Shown: one piece after another, positions 49,094-61,787 of the stretch | Layout of the letters: each line of letters begins with the position of its first letter | Position numbering within the stretch: the stretch's first letter is position 1 | Assembly: GCA_964247055.1 (NCBI GenBank) | Contig: OZ176054.1 | Location: forward strand, 12,090,001-12,154,000 | Reading direction: 5' to 3' | Origin: Paragordius varius | Lineage: Eukaryota > Animalia > Nematomorpha | DNA: 64,000 nt | The notes under the pieces: generated by a model | Databases searched by the model: none | Seen by the model: only the letters and a program-made list of their open reading frames with translations | Told to the model about the DNA's origin: nothing | Made by a program: the position numbers and the translations under genes

Positions 49094-52036
49094 TCAATTA
49101 GAAACGGTTGAATTGGGGCGATGGGTATCAGAGATTTTGTGGTACATGCCTGCATATAAGAATAAATTATGATATATATTAATATTTTAAATATCCCGAT
49201 TTTTTTTACCTAAAATCCATGACGGTTTAGCTAGCAAAATATTATTTTTACTATTTGTAATTGTCGTTTTATTCTTCATAACTTTTTTCGTTCGATATTT
49301 CTTTTTTACTGGCTTTAGCATTAGATCTTGTTCGTTATCAGCTTTAAGGGGAGTCTGAATTGATTGAGTTTCGTTTTCTAATTTATGATTAGAATTGATT
49401 TTTGCTCTAGGTTTTTGTTTGCTTTGAGTAGAATTTGCAAAAGTTATATCGTTTTCGATATTATCTTTTACCGTGGATTCGGTTTTATTTGTGATTACAT
49501 TTTCACTTTCATTTTTAAGGATAGTTTTAGGGAGGGGAATCGAGTGTCGAACCATGGCCCCGTATAAACCATATTGAGCCATTAAACTGCTTATACCCCA
49601 TCTCCCTTCAATTTTACGCCATTTGGCTCTCCGATTTTGAAACCAAACCTATATATGAGTCAATATAACCGACACAAATATAACCCAAAGTAACAAGTTT
49701 TAAATTTAGCTTTTTTATTTTTATATATAAGTATAAATCTAAGATGGTATACCATTTACGATTCAAATTCACCCTAAAAACATTATGTGTTTTTTTAAAT
49801 GAGCATTATTTTTTAATAATTTTAAAATATGATTTTTTGTATAAAATTAATATAATGCTGAAAAAATAATAAACTATATCGTAAAAATATATTTCATATT
49901 AATGATGGGTTATATTAGCCTGACAACACATAATTTATATTTAGGGTTGAGTTTAAGGGTGAGTTTCAGTTGTTCGAGGGTGAATTTGAAATGTTCAAGG
50001 GTTAAAAAGATGTTTTTAACAAATTCACCCATAACTTATAACAAGGGTGTTTAAAAGCGCTTAGACTTTAAACAACAACACAAACATAAGAATATGGGTG
50101 TCATATAAAGTTTTTGTAACTATTTCGACTGAATACCTTATTATTTATTAAAAATATGCTTATAAAATAACTAGTCCATTGTAAATATATATTGTCGCCT
50201 GTGACAAAAATATGTAAGGGTATAAAATTAAATTTAATCATAAAAATAATTTGTCAAATTTTATAAAAGTTATCATTTTCGATTGTTATAAAAATATTTA
50301 ACACTACTTTTAAAGATCAATTTAATGGGCAAAATTGATTTTTTTAATTTGGTTACAATATATATTTTAATTAGATTTCTCGTTACACACATACATATAT
50401 TTTGTATAATACCTGAATTTTATCTTCGCTCAGACCGGTTGATTTGACCAGCTTAAGGCGAACTTCTGCTGATGGATAATGATTTTGATCAAAGATTTGC
50501 TCTAAACTTTTAATTTGATCCATTGTAAATTTGGTACGACTAAATAATAATAAATAATTGTGTTCTATTTTAGTTTTGCAAAGACCTATTTTGCTTTGAT
50601 GGCCAAATACAAAAAAAGATACTATATAGATATACGGATAAAACGTAATAATATGAAGACAAATATTTTTTATCCTAAAAGACAACCCCATACTTATAGA
50701 TAAACATATATATTGCAAACACAATTAATTATTTTTTTGTAATTAAATAACGTTTAAAAAAGATGGTGGGTTGTCTCTAAAAAATATTTGGCTTTAACTT
50801 TTACACATTTTGTCGGTATTTCAATTTTTTATAGTATAAGAATTGTCAATTATTGGGGTATAAACTTTTTAAAATAGTTTTCTTAAACTTCAAATATTTT
50901 AAACAAAATAATAGCCCATAAATTAATTGGGGGTTACCAAGTTTTTTTATTGCACAAGAGTAGCCTCTTAAGGCTGCGATGCGAAATAAGATTTATATTT
51001 CAAGTTTTTATACGATTTTCACACTAACACATGGGCTGTTGGTAATAATATTTTATTATATATTATATTATAAATTTGGCAAGATTTATAATATATAAAG
51101 ATAATAAATTTGTTTTTTATGCCTTTTAGTTAACATATTCTGCAAAATATTTTTGGGCAATTTAACCACATTAGTTAATATTGATGAAAGTATCGTTAAT
51201 ATTACCCAAATTTTATATAAATTCGTAAAGCAAATGTACAGATGGAGTTTGTTGAAAAAACAGAAATTAGATAATAAAATCAGTGCCCAATTAACACCTT
51301 TGAACTCTATCTATAGGTTTAAAATTTATTAACATTATTATCACAAAATTAATTATTTTTAATATGGAAACATACTTGATACGATTATGATGAGGTTTAG
51401 GGGTTTGCTGATATTTTGTTGCACACGGATTTTTTGGAGCTTTAAAAACGTCAGATTCCTTTGTATTGTTAAAATTGTCAGGAATCAACTTATCTAATAG
51501 AGATAAATACCGCTTTTAAATTATAATGTCGGCCAAACAAAAAATATGAACAAAAATTCTAATAAATATAGAGTTATATATATAACCATATTAGTTGAGT
51601 TTATAATTTATATATATTTGTATGATAAAATCGTGAAATAAATAGTTTATTTTAAATTACCTTGAATTTCTTCAGTAGTTTTATCTATAATTTTTTCGAT
51701 TAAGAAAGAATTTTTTGTTAAAAGTTTCTGTTTTGAACCGTTTTGGTACGTAGTAGATCGCGTCGTTTTAAACAAATTATCATTGGAATTATAATTATCA
51801 AAGTTTGCACCATAAAATTTATTGTCAAATATTGCACATGAGGGCGGCCATCCATACAAGTTTCCTCCCCAGAAATTCGAGTATTGAAGATAATAATTAA
51901 AATACATTAATTTTTCTATATAGTCATTGAATTCTGGAGTTTGAATGGTATTATTAAAAGTATTATGATAGTTTTTAATAATATCCGTATTTTCTTTTTC
52001 AGCATATTTTGTAAGATGACCAATCGAAAAATTCAT
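49094..52036 (-). CDS. Vsx: Visual system homeobox (Vsx/Chx10/ceh-10 family) PRD-class Q50 homeodomain + CVC-domain transcription factor (~371 aa)
   Basis: Exons 52036-51661, 51493-51376, 50539-50413, 49648-49210 and 49149-49094 (1116 nt). Homeodomain [42 protein letters not shown]|[12 protein letters not shown], with the PRD-class intron before VWFQN. The CVC domain [24 protein letters not shown] follows, and later PSWILG|MYHK. An eh1-like FLIEKII motif lies in exon 1. Confidence 0.9.
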
Positions 52037-52910
52037 GTTTTTTTTATTTCAAAAATATGTAAATATAAACTGATTCTCTCGTTGGGTTAGCTTACGTGTA
52101 GATGTTACATGAATTAATCTGAAATTAAGAATGTATCATAAGTCTAAAATTAGGGATAATAATTTAAAAAGTTAAAGTGTCAATCAAAAAAGTTTTATAT
52201 TACTTAAAAAGGGTATTTATAGTATTGAAAAAATAATTAAATAAAAAAGTATATTCTTGTTTTTAATAGGCTTTTGGCTCATTATAATATAAGAAATTTG
52301 GGAATGTTTAACAGTTTTTACTGTCTAATTAGTAAATAATTATGATCTTTTAAAAAATATTCACACTTATATATTTTTAAATTTAATAATTAAACACAAA
52401 GTCTGGTCAATTAGTTTTTATGTAATTTTTGTAAAACATATTTTTTTACCATTGTAATTAAAATTTTTGTTCATAAGAGGATTTCTAAATATCAATTCAT
52501 CTGTCTTATAGAATTTTGAATAGCCTATACAAGAATATAAGGACCTAAAAATAATTAATTTTTTTATAAAAAAAACTTTAATTTTGCATTTATGACGAAT
52601 TTTCAATACGATAAGGAAGAGGGAAGTATTCGCTGTGAATTAATAGTGTTGACAAATGAAAGTAATTGAAAGTAAGCATAATTTACAACGGTGTGAAGTT
52701 CAAGTATAAAATAGCACAATTTTTCAATTGAAGATGTAAAATTAGAGCAATTACAGCAACCTTTTTAACATAAAATGTTTTTATAACAATAAGCTTTACG
52801 CAAAAAATATTGATTTAATAACAGGGCTTTCCAAGACAAATGGTTTCTCGGGCCGCATTTTCCCAACAAAAAATTCGGCGGGCTGCATTCTAAAAATATA
52901 TGGGCAATAA

Positions 52911-55223
52911 AAAATATTTATAAAAATGGAAAACGTCTGTTTCCGGAAAATCGGTAGACCCATTCAAATCCAAATGTCGAAAAAATGAATGCCCCGACAA
53001 TAGCTTCACCCCTTTTTTCAATTCGGCCCCCAGTTCGGGCTCACCCCGTGTAAAAAACGGTTTTTTTGAAAACAAAAATCGTGTTGAGACAATTTTCCGG
53101 AAAACGTGTTGGACCATTCGATTTCAAATATGTTTTTTTTACTTATTTCCGATTGCACCGAACATAGTCAGCTGCTTTTCTAATTTAGGCCCTCTTTTTA
53201 CCCGCTTTCCCGTAAAATGCCACTTTTTTGAAAAAAATTGTCCACAAAAATAATTTTTTGAATCTATTTTTTGCCCAGGGTATGAGACCGTAAAAATTTA
53301 ATGAGGATTACAGATATTCCCTGTTAAAAGGCAAAAATTTTAGTCGTGCATTTTTTTTATATTGGCTGCTGGGGAAGGAAATACCCGCTAAAAACTGTCC
53401 CATCATATCGAAATAGCGTGCCTTTGGGGCTGAATTTTTGAAAACCTATCAGGCCATATGAGTTCAATAGATATATGAAATATTACCCATAACAAGGCAA
53501 AAATTTAGGTCGTACGGTTTTAAAATTAGCCATTAATTAGGCCCTTTAATCCCCAAAAAATGCGCCACCATAGAATGATTTTTTAGTTTTAAGGCAATTT
53601 TTCCAAAAACGATAAGAGCATATGTCAATTATGATTCCATGTATTCTCCGTAAAAAGGCAAAAATTTTAATCAAGTGCTTTATTATCAGCTTCTGGGTAG
53701 AGAGCTACCCGCCTAAAACTGAGCCAACACATCGAAATTCCGCTGTGTAGGAGTTTTCAGAAAACTTATCAGGCCACATAAGTTTAATAAGGGTCTGAAA
53801 TATTACCCGTAAAAAGCCAAAAATTTTCCTCGTACGGTTTTTTAAATTAGCCGTTAATTACCTTCACGCCCTGAAAAATGGGCCACCATGGAATGATTTT
53901 TTAGTTTTGAAGTCATTATTCCAAAAACTATTAAAAACCTAAGGAATGTATGAAGTCAAGGTAGTTCCCTATAAAGGCAAAATTTTTTTATCGAACGTCT
54001 CTTTTACATTAGCCTCTGGCTAGGGGGCTACCCGCCAACAACTGCGCCATATCGATACAGTGTGACTTTTGAGGCAAATTTCAGAAACTTATCAGGCCAT
54101 AAGACAATAGGGGCTTAAAATATTACCCGTAAAAAGGCAAAAAATAAGTGGAGCGGTTTTATTGATTTACCCCTTAATTAGGTCCTCCAGAAAAATGCGC
54201 CACCATAAAATGACTTTTTAGTTTTCAGGCAATTTTTCGAAAATCCCACGAGAGCATATGGAATCAATCATTCCATGTATCACCTATGGAGCTACCCGCG
54301 TAAATGCGTCACCATATCGATACAGCATGCATTTGGAGCCAAATTTGAGAAAATTTATGAGTCTTATAGGAACATATGAAATCATGATAATTCCAGATAT
54401 TCCCCATATAAAGGCAAAAATTTTGTCCGACGCTTTTTTTATATCTGCCCCAGGGTAAGGAGCTAACCGCCAAAAACTGCGCCACTATATTTTCGTTGTT
54501 GTGGAGCTAATTTACAAAAAATTTATGAAGCCATATGAGCTCATTAAAAGCTTGAAATATTACCCGTAACTAGGTAATAAAGGTCAGGCGTTTTTTTATT
54601 AGCCGTTAATTTGGGGCCTTTAAGCCCTAAAAACACGCCATCATATAACGATTATTTAGGTTGAAGTATTTTTTAAATAACCCATGAGACGATGGTATCA
54701 AAGAGGATTCCAAATATTTGCCCTAATGGCAAAGAATTTAACTCAGCGCTTTTTCCATATATGTCTATGGGTAGGGGTGTACCGGTTTTAAACTAGACGC
54801 CGTCCAAAAATGGCATTGTTTTGGAGCTGATTAAAAAACTTAAGAAGCCATACGAGTTCAGTTAAACACTTTTCTGGGGAAACTGTGTATTATAATTCTT
54901 TCCTTTAAAAGGAACCACAAATGATTTACTTTTTATATCCCTTGACAGCTGTATGAACACAATTTTAAAATAAAACTCTTAACCATGATTGCGTAAAACG
55001 AAAATCCAATGATAGTTGAATATTAATTTTAATAAGGACAGTTTAAACATGGTCGATTTCGATAATATTTGAGCCTATGCAAAAACCCGTAAAAAATTAA
55101 AAGACATTGTTTTTATTAAATATGTTTTTTTATTATTTTTTATTTCCATCACCTCTTTTGCAATTTATTAGGAATAATTATCGGTGAGACTACGTCACAG
55201 CGAAGCATGACAGGGCTAGCTAG
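52911..55223 (+). mobile_element. Non-autonomous Helitron, copy B, carrying a ~160-bp satellite-like array
   Basis: The 5' block is homologous to copy A, but the terminal TC is eroded. The AAAGGCAAAAATT-like marker recurs at ~53326, 53493, 53653, 53811, 53972, 54131, 54410, 54567 and 54726. The 3' end has the hairpin GTCACAGC-GAA-GCATGAC, then GCTAG, followed by T at 55224. Confidence 0.78.
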
Positions 55224-55449
55224 TATTATATTAAATGATAATATTTACATGACTTGGCATCCCGATCTAAAAGTTTAGAGTTCCTGGTATTAATATATAT
55301 GATGGTTAGTAGTACCCACCCGCCTACCCTGATCACCGCCAATTCCTTAATCTAAAGTTCATCTTAAAAGTTTAAAATAACTTCTTAAGAGCATGTATTA
55401 ATCAGAAAATCATGATTAAAAATTTTGTTTTCTCGATTTTGAGTGAGCA

Positions 55450-56230
55450 AATTTTCTAATTATCTCTTTTTTATCCATTTGATCCGCCATCTTCGCTTCA
55501 ATTGGTAGTAACGATGAATTGATCAGCCTTTTTTCAGCCATCTTCTAATATAATTATTTTTAACTTTGAGAAACTGTAACTTGTAAAGTCAAAAACAATA
55601 ATGTTTTTTAATTCATCACACACAAAAACACTTCCTGACAAATCAAATTATTTGACTTAATTGATCCTTTTTGTTATATCCTGAGTAGTGTCCAAATTGA
55701 GAGTGTAAAAAGCGGCCTCTTTTATTTCAGATATAATTACTTCTCTCCGCCTTGCAATGCATATATTTTCCTCTTGTATTTAAAGGGACTCATTTATTTA
55801 ATGTTACCCTTAGGCTTATCCAGAACTTGCTTCATTATTCTATCATATTTTGCTAAAAGTTAAACCTGACTTAAAAAATTACCATTATATATATTATAAA
55901 GTTTCACGATGACCACGGAAAAGAATTTTTTGACAAACATAATGTTATGTTAACTAATCTCTCTAATACATTAATCCAAAAATTTGTTTCGTTATTTAAG
56001 TTGTTTTTAAAATCCCGCTCAATCGTTTTACACTCTTTCCATTTATCATTAATAAAACAGCACTCCATGTGATACCTACTTCCTTCATGTATAGAATTTT
56101 TTTTGGATAGCGCTTTCCAATTCCTCACACCCTTACTCCAAATGTCCTTACTGTCATTAGAGAACAGCGATCACGGTTCACAACGCTGCATCCAAAATAC
56201 TGTAACATATCCATGATCTTTTTACAAGCC
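55450..56230 (-). pseudogene. Degenerate hAT transposase (ZMYM1/Tip100-like)
   Basis: Minus strand: RSWICYS (TTF zinc finger), NWKALSKKNSIHEGSRYHMECC..WINVLERLVNITLCLSKNSF, NGNFLSQV*LLAKYD and EIKEAAFYTLNLDTTQDITKKDQLSQII, with multiple stops and frameshifts. Confidence 0.8.
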
Positions 56231-56255
56231 CAGATTTAGTGTTCTTTTTAAATAG

Positions 56256-56803
56256 GTGTTGTTGTTGTTGTTTGCTAAAGTCGATTCCGACTAACTGCAA
56301 CATTGAAAATAAAGCTTCTCCATTCATTGCGATTTCCGGTTTTGGTGTTTAGGTCGGATAATGATTGGTTGGTTTCTTTAAGGATGTTATCCATCCAACG
56401 AGTTCGTCTTCTCCCTCTTTTTCGGGCACCACTCACTTTCCCCAGCATCAGAGATTTTTCAAGTGAGCTGGATCTCATGATGTGCCCGAAGAAGGAGAGT
56501 TTTTGCCGTGTTAAGCTGCCAAGAAGTGACATTTCTGGGTTAATTTTATTTAGAATGGTGGTGTTTGAAACTTTGTCTGTCCATTTTGTTTGAAGAAGTT
56601 TCCTCCAAACCCATAATTCGAAAAAGTTTATTAGACGTTCATCATATTTTTTCAGTGTCCAGCTTTCCCCCCCATACATGAATGTGGGGAAAACTGAAGC
56701 TTTGATTAATCTGATTTTGGTTTGTAGTTTAATGTCATGTGACATCCAAATCCTGTTATATTTAAAAGTTACTGCTTTAGCAATAGCAATTCTTCGCTTT
56801 AAC
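56256..56803 (-). mobile_element. 5'-truncated RTE LINE fragment (different subfamily from 16957-20265)
   Basis: ORF 56811-56275 (KRRIAIAK..MYGGESWTLKK..FFGHIMR..RGRRRTRWMD) followed by a (CAA)n tail at ~56256-56272. No TSD was identified. Confidence 0.85.
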
Positions 56804-57055
56804 ATATGCAAATTTTAATTATATTTTTTTATGTATGATATAAATTTTAATGATAATTGTATAGTCTGTATTTTTATATTTTTGTATTATGGAAATAACA
56901 TATCCATTAGTTACTCAAAATTTTATCTGTATTATTTATCATACAAATTATGTTCACACAAAAATATATAAAGTATGAAAAACGAATAAATAACTTTCAA
57001 GTTTTACGATTTTTATTTTGTTACTTTCTACACTTAATTATCCTTACAATGACAT

Positions 57056-60000
57056 TGGTAGCCAATCGAATTCCGAACTAAGCTAGTGGAGGTCCCACTG
57101 AGATCCGAACGAACATTACAACGCCAATTGCCAATCTCGCTAACTTATGCATCGAGAAATATAATGACAATAGAAAGTTTGAGATATACGTTGATTATAT
57201 GACAAATGTTATGGAGGCGAAAGATATCGCTGTAACAGAACAAGCCCTCAAAACAACTTTACTTGCTTTGGTGGTCTATTCATTGTACGAAAATCAACGA
57301 CTGTATCCCAAAAAAATAAAAGATGCATCATGGAGCGAGATAATGGCAACAGGCCTAAAAGTATTTAATCCCACAAAATCAAAATTTCAAAGCAGATTTA
57401 AAATTTTTCGACTTGTGCGGAGCAACTTGTAATCTCTCACCTAATTTTTAGAACGGGTTAAGATCTCAGCTGAAGAGGCTAAATTCAATGATTCGATTGA
57501 GGAACGTATTCGAGATGCTTTCGTCATTGGTTTACGGCAACCTCAATTGGAAATCGATATACATTCAATTTATCCCGATGCCGAGATCAACGGACAACTC
57601 GTGACTCTAGAAACGATAGTGGATTTCGCACTAGCACACGAGACTGGCAGGGCTGGCCTTCATAAAATATAATACCAATTATAACAAGGGTGATAATTTA
57701 AATCGATAACAACACACCAGTAATAATAATAAGGCCATGCGTTCACGACAACTAGCAGCAAAACCCCTAACACATTCGTGCAATCGTTGTGGGAGTAGCC
57801 ATGGACCAAACAAATGTTTTGCCTGGAACCGCAATTGCAATAAATGCGGAAAACCCAACCACTTCGCTAAAATGTGTAGATGAAAAAACGCTGCCAAGAG
57901 TATGTTCAACCGCCAGATCCATTGAAAAGCAATAACTTCACCATGGACCGTAATAATGACAAACAATACAGAACGAGATCTACTACACAGGAGCCGATAT
58001 CAGTGTAATCAACTTTGAGACATGGAAGCAAGTTGGTAAGCCAAATATTAGACCCACACCGCTAGTAAAGCCTACAATAATAGTATAGTGCCCCTGCTGG
58101 GCGTAACAACAGTTACAGTGCAAATGAATGGGCAAAACTTGGAGGCAGAATGTGGTGTACTGAAAGAAAAAATGTCAAAGGCACCGCTCATTGGCTTGGA
58201 TTGGATCACGAGATTCAACATCGGCATTCCTAATATAGGAATTAACTTTCTTAAACTTGATAAAATTATTGAATATTTTCATAATCTATTTAAAGAGCAA
58301 TTAGGCTGTATCAGTGAGCTGGTAAAAATTCATATAGCATCCAACGCCTCCACCAAGGTTTGGCCTTGTCGACGAGTACCGTTTCCCCTAAGAGCAAAAG
58401 TTGAGAACAAACTGCTAAGATTACAAAGTTAGACATTTTGGAGCCAATAGATCCCAACCTCACACCTCTCACTTGGGCCACTCCCACCGTCAATGTGCTA
58501 AAAGCAAATGGAGTAAGAATTTGTAGCGACTTTAGAGTTACGATCAACAAATGGCTGACGGAGGACTCTCATATCATTCCAACGTTTTATGATTCAGTAA
58601 GTAAAATTGGCGAAGGCCAAGTTTTCACTAAGATTGATCTGAAATATGCCTATATACAAATGCTCATAACTAAAGAATCACAACACCTCCTAACAACTGC
58701 AACGCACAAGGGATTTTTCCGCTATAAAAGGATACCTTTCGGACTGTCAACAGCACCGATAATCTTTCACCGAGTCATGGACCAGGTTATAAAACTCCCG
58801 GCACTTGTGTATATTTAGATGATGTTTTAATAACTAACAAATCTTAACAGGAACATTTAATAAATCTAAATAATGTTTTAAATCGGTTAGAATTAGCAGG
58901 TTTTAAATTAAGAAAAGATAAAATAAAAATTGGTGAGACTTTAGTAAGTTATCTGGGATTCGAAATAAGTAATAAAGGTATAAGTCCTTGCAAGAATAAA
59001 GTAAAAGCAATCAATGATTTCAAAAAAACCTGTGGATAAAAAATCTTTAAGGAGTTTTTTAGGATTTTTAACGTTCCATGAAAGCCAAGCTTCAATCGAT
59101 TGTAAGTGATTTACATAGTTTAACAAGTAAGATGTCAGATGGAACTGGTCGGAAAAACACGAGAAAAGTTGGAAAGCAAAGAAGGAATTATTAAGTGAAC
59201 AAGTATTTTTAACACCATACAATCCGGATAGAAACTTAGTAATTGAAACCACTGTCTCAGACATAGGGTATGGATGTATTTTAAGTCATGTGGTAAATGG
59301 TGAAAGGAAAACAATTGCTTATGGTTCAAGAAAATGTAGTACCGCAGAATTGAACTACTCTAAAATAGAAAGGAAATTGAAGGCTATTGTTTTTGCATTA
59401 GAAAAGTTTCATAACTTCGTCTATGGTAGAAAGTTTGAAATTTTGACAAACCACTTACCACTGGTTATGTTGATAAATAGGGATAGATTTTGAAAGAAAT
59501 TCAGAATGCGAAAGTTTTAAGATGGGTTAACAGACTGAATGATTATGATTTTGAATTATATCAGGCGGGTCCGAAAAATAGAGCCAATTACTTGTCAAGA
59601 TGCCCCGGGGAAGATAATGTTGACACAATTGATAGGGATTAGGTACGAGACATCTTAGGTTCTTAAATTGTCATAACGTTCATTTAAGTCGAGATGAGAT
59701 CCGGAGAAGTTAAGGATAAAATTCTGCAGAAGGTAATCAAGGCTATTCATATGATGTTGAGTCTGGGTTTACGAACCGGAAAGGAGAATTTCGTACCAAT
59801 ACGGATTGCTAAGTTTGAACGATCGAATCATTATTCCGGAAGGTTTACAGGCGAATGTGGTTAATTATTTGCACAGCGGTCATAATAATGTAGAAACGAT
59901 GAAAGCAATAGCAAGGTTTACCTATTTTTGGCCAAAATTAGAGAACGATTTGGTAAGAAGGTACAGTCAATGTAGCTCATGTCAAGTAAACAAGCCAAGC

Positions 60001-60972
60001 CTAGGTGAAAACCCTACTTATTAATGGGATCCAAATGCGATATGGGAGCGTCTACACATCGATATAGCGGGACCAGTTGACGGGTATTTTTGGTTGTTGT
60101 TGATTGATAGCGCATCAAAATGGTCGGAAGTGTTTATGTTAAAACGGGTTAATTTGGTAAATATCTTGAACAAACTAGAGGAAACCTTTGCCAGATTTGG
60201 GTTTCCGAGGACGGTAATAAGTCACAACGCTTCTTACTTTAATAATTCGTACTTTACATCAACCCTGACGAGCTTGGGAATTAAGCACGTGAGGGGAATC
60301 CCCTATCATTTCAAAAGTTATGGGATAATAGAAAGGTTAGTGGGGATTCTAAAGGGCAAGTATAAAAAAATCAAAAATTATAATATCACACCGCAGGAAG
60401 CTTATAATACTACCTTATAGTCTTACCGTAACTCAATTCACGCTACCACGAAAGAAACTCCCTTCCAACTGCTCTTTAAACGAGTCTCCTTAACACCATT
60501 GACATGGATAAACAAGAGAACGACCACCCTAGACGCACCCAGTCCGCGTCGTGAGCTCTCCATAAACGAACGGATAATGGTTAAAAACGAACAGGGTCCT
60601 GAATGGCGAGCAGGCGAGGTCGTCGAAAGAACTGGTCTTCTTTAGTACAGCGTGTGGGATCAGGAAAACAATAAGATGGTCAGAAAACACGCGGATCAGA
60701 TGAAACACGTAGACCCACCCGCCAACTTAACTACACCACTTATTCAAAACAATAGTAATGATAGCGACAATAACAGTTATAATAATGGTAACAGTATTGA
60801 TAATAACAATAGTAATGCCAATAATAATGATAAAATAAATGATAATAATAATGAAATTATTAATGATAATATTAATAGTGATAATGACAAAATTAATGAA
60901 ATTCCACACGAGCTCGTTACCCTGAGAGAATTCGACAGAAGCCGGTCCGGTTCTCCTAAGGGTGAAATTTAA
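57056..60972 (+). mobile_element. Decayed Ty3/Gypsy LTR retrotransposon internal region (gag-pro-RT-RNaseH-integrase), LTRs not recognisable
   Basis: Gag includes IRDAFVIGL and twin zinc knuckles CNRCGSSHGPNKC / CNKCGKPNHFAKMC. Protease reads (D>Y)TGADISVI. RT has WATPTV..VRICSDFR, KIDLKYAY, RIPFGL and YLDD. RNaseH has IAYGSR..ELNYSKIE and FVYGRKFEILT. Integrase has HSGH..YFWP..CSSCQ, WERLHID, S(D>H)NASYF and GIIERLV. Many frameshifts and stops. Confidence 0.92.
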
Positions 60973-61787
60973 TACATTAATTACTATCTAATTAACCAAA
61001 AAATTATTGTAGAATTTGATAGAGTATTTTCTGTTAAAATAATGCCATGTGTAAAATTAATGGTTCATTTTTCGGTAAATACTATGGTTAATATTATATT
61101 TTCTGATTGAACTAAATTTGGTTTTGGACCGGCCAAACCGCTTATGAATGCAGAAATTTGTGCGGAACTATAATTATCAGATTCGACCGCAAGATTTAGG
61201 CTAATGTCCTTTTAACTTAGTGCTTCTGCAAAAGACGCCTCAAAATTAAAGATTAACACAAAATAAATTTGTGATATTTTAGTAAAAATTTGATCAAATT
61301 TTGAGGGTTATACAATGTTTGTTACACTTGTTATTTATAATATAATTTATTAGTTGGATTTTTCCAATTGTTTTCTAATATGCTTTAAGATAGTTAAGAC
61401 CATATCATCTGATAAATTACAGCAAAAATATGGTATAAAATTAGGCAAAGTAAGTTTTTATACTGCGTCACAGTTCAAAATATTTGGTCACATTAATTTA
61501 TTATTAAAGCAATTTGATCCCATTTATTTAACTCCATGATTAGACACATTAAAAAATATTGGTATATGTTATATTCTTGTGCTGAATTTTTAATGAATAT
61601 ATATCTATAACATATGCGTTTTGTTCCCAATTTAAAACATTGTGATTTCAATGATGCAAATATAGTGTATTAAAGAAGCATGAATCTAAAATAAGCAGAT
61701 ATATATATGCTAGGTGAATATTCCACAAATTTTAAATAATGAGGGTAAATAATAATTTAATGTGGATCAATATTAATTAGAGCATGT

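Noticed and set aside
53280-54850. CRISPR-like repeat array
   Set aside because: The units are ~160 bp, diverged along their whole length and lack unique spacers. The context is eukaryotic with no cas genes, and the array lies inside Helitron termini.
56820-57055. 5' LTR of the Gypsy element
   Set aside because: No similarity to the sequence after the putative PPT (60970 onward) and no TG..CA boundaries.
60727-60909. Ile-rich minus-strand ORF
   Set aside because: It is the antisense of the (AAT)n tract.
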